The position numbers were made by a program, and so were the translations under genes. A stretch of 63,974 nucleotides of DNA, the filler included, from Licmophora abbreviata (Eukaryota): NCBI GenBank assembly GCA_900291995.1. It is 12 parts of 12 records of this genome, joined end to end, with 100 filler letters (N's around TTAATTAATTAA, not from the genome) between each part and the next. Parts side by side here need not be neighbours in the genome. Positions count along the whole stretch, not along the records: positions 9,655 to 11,353 come from OLMU01003342.1; positions 11,454 to 13,029 come from OLMU01003343.1; positions 13,130 to 17,938 come from OLMU01003344.1; positions 18,039 to 26,400 come from OLMU01003346.1; 8 more parts are not named here. One strand, written 5' to 3'. Positions 10,878-21,857 of the stretch are shown here, piece after piece (the first letter of the stretch is position 1; each line of letters begins with the position of its first letter). The notes beneath the pieces are model-generated. The model searched no databases and was not told the DNA's origin. It saw nothing but the letters and a program-made list of their open reading frames with translations.

Positions 10878-13533
10878 ACCTTTGTTTGATGGTGCCTATT
10901 GTACAGGGAGCTCACTCTTCAGTGGAATCACATTGCGAGTGATGTCTTGTCCCCGTCGGTTGTGATCTTGGGCGTCCACTATCCTCAGCTCAACAGATCA
11001 TCTGGCGGGTATGCTTGTGGATGAGCTAGCAGACCAGCTGGATAGTGTCCCATGCTACCGGCGGAACCTGCACCTGATTGGCCAGGCCATTGCACCGCCT
11101 CCCGGCGGGTACAAGCTCATGGCAAAGGCATGCGTCCCTCTCCATCACTTTTGTCTGCTGGTGCATGCTGTACTTTACAGAGAACCAGTCAATCTTCAGT
11201 GGAACCACATTATGAGTTCCTTGACACCCCATTCCAATTGTATGTTTCCACTCTGTACTTACTCCTCTCTACTGCTCTGTTTCTTGTTGATTTGTTTTTT
11301 AGGTTTATCATTGCTGATTGTGGCACGTTGATGGAAGTTCTGCTGTTGTATTANNNNNNNNNNNNNNNNNNNNNNNNNNNNNNNNNNNNNNNNNNNNTTA
11401 ATTAATTAANNNNNNNNNNNNNNNNNNNNNNNNNNNNNNNNNNNNNNNNNNNNTCTCTTCCTTTTCTCACTCCCTTTTCCTCCCATAGCCACACGGAATA
11501 AAAAAATCCCTTGCACTGCCTTTCCCTTTCCTTGCTGAGCCCTTTGGGGTTTTCCTCTAGAACGCTGCTCTTCTTTGTTGCATTTGGCAAGGTGTTCTTC
11601 GGGTTCTTGCTTCTATAGGAGTTGCTTCGAAAGCAACACTTGCCCTCTTGGGCACGGACGTTTCACAGGCGTTCTTTACGTACAGTTTCCACGTTTGGGT
11701 GACTTTTTTTAAAGAGTGCTACACAAGCAACCCTACTATATTCAACAAAACTCATCGCTACTGGCTAGTAGTACCACATTGCCCTCCGTGATGCACGGGC
11801 TATGCCTCCGAGTTGCTAGCATCGGACTGGATCTATCTGGGTACAAATATCCCAATTACTCCAATGAGGGCAAAGTTGAAAGTTGGGAGATAGCACTGGC
11901 TTTGACGAAAGTTGCCATTGCACAGTCAGCCAGAAAGCCAGAGAAACTTGTCAATCCAATTTCACTTCCATCTTAAATGTACTCAGTACGAGAGTTATTC
12001 CTCCGTCTGCTAGCTACCATCCTAAAAAAAATATTGAAGCAATCCTACAAGCAGATTGCAAGCAAGTGTAGCAAGCTAACTCGCAAAGAACCGATGAAGA
12101 AGATCTTATTTTACTGAATTCCAACCACAGCAATATCTTCTTTTCGCGCTGAAGACTTTCCGGAAAAAGCGTTTCTGCCGATGTAGGGCCCATGAAAAAC
12201 CATACAGTCATAATGAGGCCTAAGCTGAGGGACCTTGCACTAGCAATCTGGGCTTCCACAGATCTTGAGGTGAGAGAATCAGGATTTCTCATCTCAGGAA
12301 AAAGAAAGAAATCTTTGGGAAGTCTCTTCCAAGAAGCTTCCTGGCCCGTAATACTCTCTTGCTCTTTGCATTGTCAGTACTTGTATATAGCTTTTATGAA
12401 GACGTACTTGGAAGAAGACGCCAGCAGTGTACGCAACTGATTAGCTTCGACGCACCACGGCACCTTCCGAGCTCGAATTGATCACATACCATCGGCACTT
12501 GCTCAAGAACACTCTTCAGCAATAAAAGCAACACACAGATTAATCTGATTCCAACAAAAGTCGCGGCGTAGCTAGGCATATGCCAGAGCAGCTTGTTGCT
12601 AGCTACTCCATCGTCCTGTTGGACAATCATCGATTGTGCCACGAATCCTTTGGCTGACTGTGTAGTATTTCTCCCTTCACCCACAGAACCTAAAACTTTG
12701 GGGATTGCAGGAACCTGGTACGGTGCTCTTTCCGGGACCTGCAAAGTTTCTGAGCTTGTGGTACAGACACCATCCATGTTGGAGAAGGCGGGGTGAAGTG
12801 CCCGGATCCCATCGCAGACACGAAAATGACACCCCGAGCGAGAAACACGCATCCTGCGGAGGACTGTATAAAAGACCATCATCAGTCCGAGGGTCAGAGC
12901 CATGGACGGCGCTTCCCATCACGGCAGAGGTAATCAAGGCTGTACTGGAGTAGAAGCTATGGCTGCAGCCCAGGGTCAGCCACGAATCCACAGAGGGACC
13001 ATGAGTTAGGAATGGAGGCAGAACATAGTNNNNNNNNNNNNNNNNNNNNNNNNNNNNNNNNNNNNNNNNNNNNTTAATTAATTAANNNNNNNNNNNNNNN
13101 NNNNNNNNNNNNNNNNNNNNNNNNNNNNNTATCAAGGATGAGCAAAATGACAATGGGATTGATCAATATGAGTTGCCTGCCACTATGCCCGCAACTCATC
13201 AACCTCATGCAAGTCTGAGATTCATCAGACTATTTGAGGACAAATCCCTGGATTTTGAGTCTTATCCACTGATTCAAATGAAATCCTTGAGTCAACAAAA
13301 ATCAGTGCTAATCGTAGGTCAGGGAAATAGAATCCTGGGTTTACTTTGAGCTTAATTCCTAATTGACAATGCCAATGAGTGTTTGATTCCTGTGTCCCCA
13401 TCATGTATTCAAAGAAACAAGCACACATGATCCTGGACTAACCCTTGACTGTGACTCAGGTCTGGTGCATTTGAGACTCCTTGGATCCTGGGCGGATCCG
13501 CCATGGTCACACCGCGCATCTAGCACTAGAGGA

Positions 13534-14390
13534 TTATTGTGTGTAATCCCATTCTCCATGGAAGCCTGACTGAACCTCCACCCTGATCTTAGCAGTCAAG
13601 GCAAACTCCTTTCCCTTGTCAGACCCTTCAATTTTGTGGTACTTCAAAGTGTATTTTGTTGGGACAACACCTCCTTTCTTTGCTCTCCCACACATGGACT
13701 TCTTGATAGTCCATCCACGTGTCTCTATGTATGCATAGATGGATGGATAGTTAAGCTCTTGGGCCACAATGATGTTGACGGGAATTACGTCAGCCATGAT
13801 GTGTAGAGGACCGTGCCTGGGCTTGTGCCAGTTGAAGGCGAGAGAGGAGAACTCAGAGCTTGGGGTATAGTCCTCCTGGAAGGTCTTAGGCCCCAGTGGA
13901 GTTTCTACAACAGGCTTGAACTTGTTCTTCATGAGCTCAAGTCCAAGTCCATTGGTAAAGAACTCATACTCTTCTGCCAAAAGTGACGAGCCGCCCATGG
14001 GCAATGGATGGAATAGAAGAAGAAGATGAGCAAGAGCCTTTGCCTCAAGAGTTGTCGTCTTGACTGCTGCTGCGATCCATCATGACTCGTGGGTCCTTAG
14101 CTGTAGGGTGCTGTGATCCTGTAAAGGGATCAAATACTGTCGACTCAGACCGAGCCAATGCCTGTGCATCTGAGGGTGGGTCTGGATGCGTGGTACTCGA
14201 CAAGCAAATAATCATGTAGGGCAACAATGGACTGGTGAGCCTAGTGAGCCTCCCGGACTTGGTGGAGCATCTTTGACACATCCAGCACAGGTCTCTCCGC
14301 AATAGAAGCGCTGACATTTCTTGTCGGAACCCACTCATCCTGTGAAGTACTAAGGAGGTCAAAGTCCTCATTGTGGCTGTTGTAGCTATA
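13534..14390 (-). pseudogene. Decayed coding relic of unknown identity
   Basis: 156-aa protein-like ORF (13534..14004) stays open upstream to a TGA near 14083. Further upstream are protein-like frames interrupted by single TGA/TAG/TAA codons. The region is visibly CpG-poor. Confidence 0.35.
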
Positions 14391-14493
14391 CAGAGTTTCT
14401 ACGCAAAGTAGTAAGAAGCAAGAAGTGGTAACAGCGTTTGCGAGATCAATTTTATGAGTGACACATCATTCACGTATCATCTGGGATGGGCTA

Positions 14494-14527
14494 TGGGCCT
14501 CTGAGTTCTGTGGGCCTCTGAGTTCTG
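14494..14527 (+). repeat. 17-bp tandem duplication
   Basis: tgggcctctgagttctg x2. Confidence 0.9.
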
Positions 14528-15504
14528 TGAGGTTGCTTCTGAATCTGGGAAGATGGACGCTGGTCATTGGCATTTGCAAGCCGGTCTGTGACATTTGCAT
14601 TTTGAATCTGTGATGTGTAACCTAGGTTAGTGACGTTGCATTGGAATCTATGATGTGTGACGTGAATCAATCCCTCGGGATGTCAGTCAGGGTCGTTCTT
14701 AAGGTGCAAAGATTCGCATTCTTTGCACATTATGAGGTCATATTACGTCATTTCTCCAAAAAAACCCGGAAAAGTGCGAAGAAAAAGCTTCGCACTTCAG
14801 CTCCTCTCAAAGCGGGAAGAAAAATCTTTGCACCACCCCATAACCTTTTCATGACACATGTCAAGCAATGAAAAAGCCAGCAAAACAATCGGAGTGTAAT
14901 TGTCTGGACAACTTCCATCTCTTGATCGTCCTCTTCATCAGCTACTACTTACAAGATCTTTGTGATGCTGACCAGCAATACTATTGATGCCGTCCTTGTT
15001 GCAGTCCTGATCCTAGCGAGAAATCTTAACCTTCTGGGCACAGTTAAATTCCTCTCCATAAGTCAAACTAAACTTGTTTGGATCTTTCTGGAGAGCAATG
15101 ATGAACTTGTCCTTGTCCTTGTGGGTCAGATTGGCAATCTCAGACGGGAGGGATTTCTTCACTTGTTTCTTGCGCTTCTTCACACTGTCGTCAGTACTGC
15201 ATCTTACGCGATTCTACCAGCACAGTTCAGCCGACCAAGCCTGGATAGGAACACACCATTGAGGCTAGTAGTAAACAGCAAAGCACATGCAAGAAGTGCT
15301 GCCTTGATGACAGCCAAACTGAATGTGGGGCCCACAAGAAACCATGAACTGCTGGGGGCCACACGCCTCCTGGCGCCAATGCAGTGGAAGATCATGGTTG
15401 CAAGGTGGTTGTTGTGGGGCGGTTGTTGTGGGGCAGTTGTTGCTTCTTGTGTTAGTGGTGCTAGTGATGAAAACTAGTATCAGGTACATCATTGTGGAAC
15501 AACT

Positions 15505-15682
15505 GGCTGTAGTACTGTAGCTAGTACATTTACTCTCTCTAGAGCTACCAGGTAGCTAGTTTGCTAGGTAATACCTGCGTAGTAGTACTACTCATGGCTT
15601 CTCTCTAGGTACTACTACTACTAGCTAGCTATGACCACATCTGGCTAGCTACTGGAGCTTAATCTAGTAGCAGCTAGCTAAC
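15505..15682. repeat. Low-complexity CTAG/TAG/CTAC-rich tract
   Basis: Dense gctagc, gtagtag and actactacta motifs. Confidence 0.6.
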
Positions 15683-15917
15683 TCATACCAGGGACATGGA
15701 ACGTTACTAAGGAGTGCTTTACAATGCATGGACCATGACCGAGTATGAGCGTTAAAGCTACTTCACTATGTTCGACCCATCCAGCAAGTTGTCAAACCAC
15801 AGAACTCGTAATACATAGGGAACTTGTACCTAGGATTGGAGCTTGTCATGTACGAGCTTCAATATTGGTACGAGCTCGGGAAACGGGAGATTATTTTGGG
15901 CTGAAATCCAGCCTAGC

Positions 15918-16005
15918 CAAAAAAAATCTCCCATTGGTGGGGGAGGATTCACCATCACTTACAAAAAAATCTCCCATTGGTGGGGGAGGATTCACCATCA
16001 CTTAC
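15918..16005 (+). repeat. About 44-bp tandem duplication
   Basis: c(a7-8)tctcccattggtgggggaggattcaccatcacttac x2. Confidence 0.93.
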
Positions 16006-16991
16006 TGTAGCTTCCAGTGTTGTCAAAAGCTTGAGCTCCAGCTAGAAAAGAGGCTTCACTTCACTTCACCTCAGTCTGACCAGCCCCAGTTGCCCAAAAA
16101 AATACCCAGCAGGTGGTGGTTCCCTCCACGTAGCTTTTGTTCCTGCGGCTACGCAAAATCGGACCCCACTCAGACACTGGCATCAAAAATCAGGGAGAGG
16201 TTGACTAATTAGGCACCTAACAAAATGTCAATGTCCAAACAAGCACTGCAGCAGGCTGCCTCTGCTGTTAGTAGTAGTAGTACACAATCCATAACATGTA
16301 CGTAGCATGTACGACCGCATGGGCTGCAACGACCGCAAGGACGGATGCCTAGAGCTCTCCAAACTTTTTATGATCTGTCTTTGCAGATAAGACAGAGGGC
16401 GTGCTTGCAAGCATGCCAGCCTATGAATGCAAGGCGAGCCACACTAATCTTGAACTGCCTCACCAGTCTGAGGAGCATGCTGGAAAGGTCTGTTTTGTTC
16501 TTGGCCAGACTGAAGTCAGCAGACAGACCAATGAGGAATGGAAGAATGTTCCCATTTTAGTAAGTGGTAATGGAAACATGAGGACATGAAATTCCCACGA
16601 GAAAAGCAGAGCCATGCAGAGAAGAATTGATCTTTGCCAAAGATCTCGCTCTCATTCTATTGAAATAATCCCGTCGTAGGAACAGTTTGATTGACTCTAT
16701 GCTCGGATCATCTCAAGTTCTCTCTATTGCCAAGGTAAAGCATGTATGAAATTGCGGGTTTGATAGCAGTGGTTTGACGAGATCTAACACTCGATACGAC
16801 CGACACTGAGACCAAGTCGTTTGGACGTTTCGCGCTGCAGTTTTTCTCGCGCCTTTGGGACCCGCGACAGACGCCTACTCTGGTACTCCGTAGGCCTTAG
16901 TACTTCTCCTACGATACGCGGTTGCACAGAGGGTTGCAAAATATGGACGCACGGAACCGGTAGTCAACCTTGTAAGCCTGCCCAAACAACC

Positions 16992-17938
16992 ATGGACCAC
17001 ATGACGGATGACGAGTACTACGCCCCAGACGGCTTTCCACAGCATCCACAATTCTCTCCACACTCCAGACCATTTAGGCAAAAGATCGAAGAAGACAACA
17101 GGCAGGAACGTTACTTCGCTCTCCGTGATGCAACCGCGCAATACACTGTGGCCATTGCCCTAATCGTTATTATTCAATTTCGAGGTGAGTCGTTGCTTTT
17201 TCAATTCTAAGAATATATTTCCGCCCTTGCAGCGTTTCTGCGCACAGTGCAGTGGCGATGACTTCGAGGCTATGTTCTCCGTCACTCGGGCAGCTCTGCA
17301 GACCAGAGAAGGGCGCCACGAGCATATTGGGGTTAGGAATGAGGCCATTTCTTTCTTGCGGAATGTGTAAATTCTCAGAATGATCGTGAGAACAGTACAA
17401 AGGCAACTCGTTTTTTCTGGGTTTCTCACAACGAGACTCGCGCTCTCCGAATACGGTATCGCCTCTTCTTCCACAGGTATATGGCTTGGCTGGATCCGCT
17501 ATATTCGAGATCGCTATCAGGGACTAGGGATATTAGAAATACTGTGGGATCTGTTTGAATGCGCGTATGCGTACGTGCTCGCTGGCTTCGAAATGGCGCG
17601 GACTTTGCTAGTGGTGACATCGTCTGCTGGACTCGGACTGTTGGAGGCCAATGATGCGCTACCACTCGAACGAAACGTTGCACGCAGACGAAGAATTACT
17701 AGCGCTTCGAGTATGCCGGATCTGGAAGATGTTCCGGATATACTGAATGACGACAATGGGGTGGATGTTGAAAGAACAAAACGGAGAAAAGGCGACACTG
17801 AGGAGCTGGAGCCCGCCTTTCTTCGGGACGAAGATTATCCACTAGGCTGGATGGTCTACCACCCTGTGTTAGGAGTTGTTTTGAAGACAGAGGCTGACAA
17901 GTATAAGGCTACGCTGTCGCCGTCTGACGAACGAGACC
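16992..17938 (+). CDS. Hypothetical membrane-anchored protein; intron 17185..17476; 3' end in gap
   Basis: ATG 16992. G|gtgagt...ccacag|GT joins the frames (..IIQFRG|IWLGW..). One TM segment; C-terminal LEPAFL..DYPLGWMVYHPVLGVV motif. Confidence 0.65.
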
Positions 17939-18301
17939 NNNNNNNNNNNNNNNNNNNNNNNNNNNNNNNNNNNNNNNNNNNNTTAATTAATTAANNNNNN
18001 NNNNNNNNNNNNNNNNNNNNNNNNNNNNNNNNNNNNNNGGCAATATACCGTCACACTCGAGTATTTCAACAATGGATGCGATGGTGAACCGTCAAGCCGG
18101 CGTCACCCTGAAAACGTCAAATGAGACGCTTTTGTCACCATCGCGCACCTCAAAACGCCCAAAGGGTCATTTCGTCATGTCGATTCTGGCATTGCAGAGA
18201 GACGACATCCACTTGCTCACATAATTGCTAAGCACGGTTCGCAGCCCTCGTAGGGAAACTCGCACTTTCCAGCCGCTCATGACTTCGACGACACTACAAT
18301 A

Positions 18302-21300
18302 ATGGGGATGAGACGAGCAGCCAACTTGATGGGCTTGATGTGGTTTGTGGCATTCGCCGGGGAGTCCAATGGTCAACGAGCGGTAGAGGAACGACTCCGT
18401 GGTTCGAGAGCCAGTTCCCTGACGGAAAATGCTTCCTCGACATGGACTCAAAACAATGACACTGTCGCCCTTGTTCGTCAACGTGTTCTTTTTGAGACTC
18501 ATGGGATAGATGGAAGAAAGCACGACCAGACAGACAGGAAGTCGGGGCACCGGAATCGCGAACAGGTACCTCTGGCGAAAGACCTCAATAGTGAGCTTGT
18601 GCAATTCTCAGGCAACAAACAAGCAAACACATACATGCCAGTAGGCGACTTTCGAGACAGCAATGATGAACTCAATAAAGAGAGCAAAGGAGTTGATAGC
18701 CTCGATGGTGGCCCAACACAATGGGACGGGGAGTACAGAAAACGCCAGAACGGACCTGTGCAAGTGGCTTCCACACCCATAGTAACCACAACTGCCTCCG
18801 CCAATATCTTTCGACACAATTCTCTGACCGATCCCTATAGAAAGCGGGGGCGTGAATCTGAAAGTACAGAAAAAACACCAATAACGTGGCAGAGGACCGG
18901 AGATGGTGATGGCAACGAATCCAACACTCCTAGGAGGCACAACGACGATTCGGGAAAGATGAGGGAAAAGAAAAATAGCAAGGGCAGTGGCAAGAAATGG
19001 AGCAGTAGTAGTAGCAGCAGCAGCAGTGGCAAAAAAGGAAAGAAGAGTGGAAAAAAGGGTAGCAAGGGGGGAAGTGCACTGGTACCGACTCTAGCGCCCA
19101 TACAATTAACGACCGCATCACCAGTCGGCTTCCCAACCATCAATCTACCACCAATCGCTTCTTCTCCTACCAATGCACCGACAATATTTCCTACAGTCGC
19201 TGGTCTTCCGACGATCAATCTACCACCGATAGCTTTCTTGCCGACAGTAGCTCCTACAACAAATCCTACCGACGAGCCAGCTGTCGACACCTCGGCCCCG
19301 TCCGTGTCCACTGGAATTCCTACGCTAGCCCCTTCAACCGCGAGTCCTACGATCAGCACACTGGCCCCAGCAAGTCCGAGTGCGCCTCCAACGATCACAG
19401 TTCAGACTTCCTCACCCACTTCTCTAGTGACGCCTTCACCAACGACGACATCGACCTTGTCGCCGAATTCTCCCAATGAAGTCCCAACAACCACCACTGA
19501 GACATTATCGCCAACGACACCAGCGAGCATTGCTCCAACGACGACAAGCACTGAGGCACCGACAGTTTTTGGCGCTAGTCCAACGATCAGTAATGAGACA
19601 ATATCCCCTACCTCCACCACAACCGGGTCTCCGGCACCCAGTGTAATGTCTGCACTCCCGAGTACTGTACCAATATCGCCTAGTAGTGTTCCAAGTGACC
19701 AACCAAGCGACAAAACCTTGACACCAAGTGCCAATCCAAGCGGTATAAGGACCTTTTCTCCAAAACCAAGCATATCGAAAAGTCCAAGCGCAGAACCAAC
19801 TTTGAGCCTACGACCAACGCTGTCGTTGACAAGCCCATCTCCAAGCGGCGGTCTTAGCAGCTTCCCAAGCAATATACTAAGTGCGATTCCAAGTTCTCGG
19901 CCAAGTGGTCTTTCGTCAGTTTCTCTGATCCCAAGTCTCTCAATAGCTCCAAGTGTGCAGCCCACTTCAACTTTCCGACCAACCATATCTGTCTCTCCCA
20001 CTGTTCCCACTACGGATGAGACCAGTGAGGGCCCGAGCGCCGCCCCCAGCAAAGTACCCAGCTCGATACCAAGCGGCAGCCCCAGTGGCAACTCGTCTGT
20101 GTCTGAGAAACCAAGTGTATCAAAATTTCCCAGTTCTCAGCCGACGTCAAGCTTCCCGCCTACGGGGTCTTTCTCGCCTACTACAGCGTTGCCATCCATC
20201 AGTGAGACACCGACCGACGCTCCTAGCGTGGGACCGAGTGCAAGCGTGGAGTCTAGCAGTGCGCCAAGTCAGAGCTTGTCCACCAGCTCATCACCCTCCG
20301 TCAGCAGGGCGCCTCCAAGCCAGTCACCGTCTTTCGTTGTTAGCGCCGGACCGAGTGCATGGTCGTCTTTGTCCGAGAAACCAAGTACCTCAAAGATCCC
20401 CAGTGCCAAGCCAAGCTCAAGCTTCCTACCCACTGGGTCTTTCTTGCCTACAGCGTCTCCATCCATCAGCGAGAAACCGGCCAACGCTCCTAGCGTGGGA
20501 CCGAGTGCAAGCGTGGAGTCCAGCAGTGCGCCAAGTCAGAGCTTGCCTACCAGCTCATCACCTTCCGTCGCCAATGCGCCTCCGAGTCAGTTGCCCTCTT
20601 TCGTTCTTAGTGCAGGACCGAGTGCAAGGTTGTCTGTGTCTGTGAAGCCAAGTATCTCAAAGATCCCCAGTGCTGAGCCGAGCTCAAGCTTCCCACCCAC
20701 TGGGTCTTTCTCGCCAACAGCATCTCTTCTTATCAGTGAGACACCAACCGAAGCTCCTAGCGTGGGACCGAGTGCAAGTGTCGAGTCTAGCAACGCACCA
20801 AGTCAGAGCTTGCCTACCAGCTCGTCACCTTCCGTCAGCAGCGCGCCTCCAAGAAGTCAGTCTCCCTCTGACCCGAGCGCCTCCTTTCCCGCGAGTGCGT
20901 CACCAAGTCTAAGCTTCAGCCCCTCAACGGAACCAGCCCAGCCTTCATCAGTTCCAAATCTGGGATCGGGTACCCCATCCGATTTTCCGTCCTCCAGACC
21001 AAGTGCGGAATCAGCACAGCCTTCCTTGAGTCCAGTTTCAGGCGTCTCATCCAATTTTCCGTCCTTCCGACCGAGTAGTGCACCATCTTCACCAATACAG
21101 CCTTCTACACAACAGAGCAGCAGCGGTCTAATCGTATCATCATCGCCACCTTCGACGCAACCCAGTTTCAACACGGATGGGGACCGCGGGATTGGTGAGA
21201 ATGACATCAACACACTGCGGGCCAAGTATCGGACCAGACCAGGAGATCCGCAAAGTGAACAACCGACTGAGGAGACTGCTGACGACTCTGGGCCAACATT

Positions 21301-21397
21301 GGAAGAGCGGGAAAGAGGTCGTGTCAATGGTTCGCCTAATTTGAGGAGCAATCAAAGTGACCCAGAATTCCGCACGCACTATCGTCCCAGGCAGTGA
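18302..21397 (+). CDS. Secreted mucin-like Ser/Pro/Thr-rich protein with a Lys/Ser/Gly cluster
   Basis: 1031-aa ORF; signal-like N-terminus followed by ERLRG; KKNSKGSGKKWSSSSSSSSGKKGKKSGKKGSKGG; about 700 aa of PT/PS repeats. Confidence 0.85.
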   Translation: MGMRRAANLMGLMWFVAFAGESNGQRAVEERLRGSRASSLTENASSTWTQNNDTVALVRQRVLFETHGIDGRKHDQTDRKSGHRNREQVPLAKDLNSELVQFSGNKQANTYMPVGDFRDSNDELNKESKGVDSLDGGPTQWDGEYRKRQNGPVQVASTPIVTTTASANIFRHNSLTDPYRKRGRESESTEKTPITWQRTGDGDGNESNTPRRHNDDSGKMREKKNSKGSGKKWSSSSSSSSSGKKGKKSGKKGSKGGSALVPTLAPIQLTTASPVGFPTINLPPIASSPTNAPTIFPTVAGLPTINLPPIAFLPTVAPTTNPTDEPAVDTSAPSVSTGIPTLAPSTASPTISTLAPASPSAPPTITVQTSSPTSLVTPSPTTTSTLSPNSPNEVPTTTTETLSPTTPASIAPTTTSTEAPTVFGASPTISNETISPTSTTTGSPAPSVMSALPSTVPISPSSVPSDQPSDKTLTPSANPSGIRTFSPKPSISKSPSAEPTLSLRPTLSLTSPSPSGGLSSFPSNILSAIPSSRPSGLSSVSLIPSLSIAPSVQPTSTFRPTISVSPTVPTTDETSEGPSAAPSKVPSSIPSGSPSGNSSVSEKPSVSKFPSSQPTSSFPPTGSFSPTTALPSISETPTDAPSVGPSASVESSSAPSQSLSTSSSPSVSRAPPSQSPSFVVSAGPSAWSSLSEKPSTSKIPSAKPSSSFLPTGSFLPTASPSISEKPANAPSVGPSASVESSSAPSQSLPTSSSPSVANAPPSQLPSFVLSAGPSARLSVSVKPSISKIPSAEPSSSFPPTGSFSPTASLLISETPTEAPSVGPSASVESSNAPSQSLPTSSSPSVSSAPPRSQSPSDPSASFPASASPSLSFSPSTEPAQPSSVPNLGSGTPSDFPSSRPSAESAQPSLSPVSGVSSNFPSFRPSSAPSSPIQPSTQQSSSGLIVSSSPPSTQPSFNTDGDRGIGENDINTLRAKYRTRPGDPQSEQPTEETADDSGPTLEERERGRVNGSPNLRSNQSDPEFRTHYRPRQ
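20095..20850 (+). repeat. About 3 copies of a 267-bp (89-aa) coding tandem repeat
   Basis: tcctagcgtgggaccgagtgcaag recurs at 20221, 20488 and 20755 (period 267). Confidence 0.92.
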
Positions 21398-21857
21398 ACC
21401 AAGAGGAAATACACATGATAACTTTGAGTTCATATTTTCATACTAGAGAACCGAAAAATGTAAAAGATACCAAGCGTTTCACCAAGGTACAATACAAGTA
21501 GACTACTTACCTTCTAAGGCGCTCATGGTTCATGCTCCACACAGTCAAGAGACGCAACCCAACGCCAAACACCCAACATCCAGCAACAAACAAGCATGAA
21601 TTCATGACTGACTGACTGATGATTCAACTCGCCAGTCCAATCACACACAACATGAAAACGTCAAATGAGATGCATGGCACTGTCGCGCACTTCCATTACC
21701 AGCATACCTTTGTTCAGTCATGAAGTGTTTATACAGTTTTGCAGGACCAAAAACCTTCAAATCTCGAAATTTCTTCTGGGGGCCCGGAAGATTCATTCGT
21801 TCGTTCTCTGTCCTCTCACAGTTCACGCGAATCACAATAAAAGAGCACCGCCGGACC

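Noticed and set aside
14115..14145. STVFDPFTGS on the minus strand, resembling DNA methyltransferase motif I (DPFxGSG)
   Set aside because: Short match lacking the following G-T/S-T, with no DPPY/SPPY motif nearby, in a degraded region; likely chance.
14962..15477. 171-aa plus-strand ORF as a membrane protein gene
   Set aside because: GTG start and no motif; it looks like the antisense of a decayed Lys-rich minus-strand frame.
15918..16005. Short direct repeats (also 10804 and 14494) as a possible CRISPR-like array
   Set aside because: Only two abutting copies each, no spacers, no cas genes, eukaryotic context.
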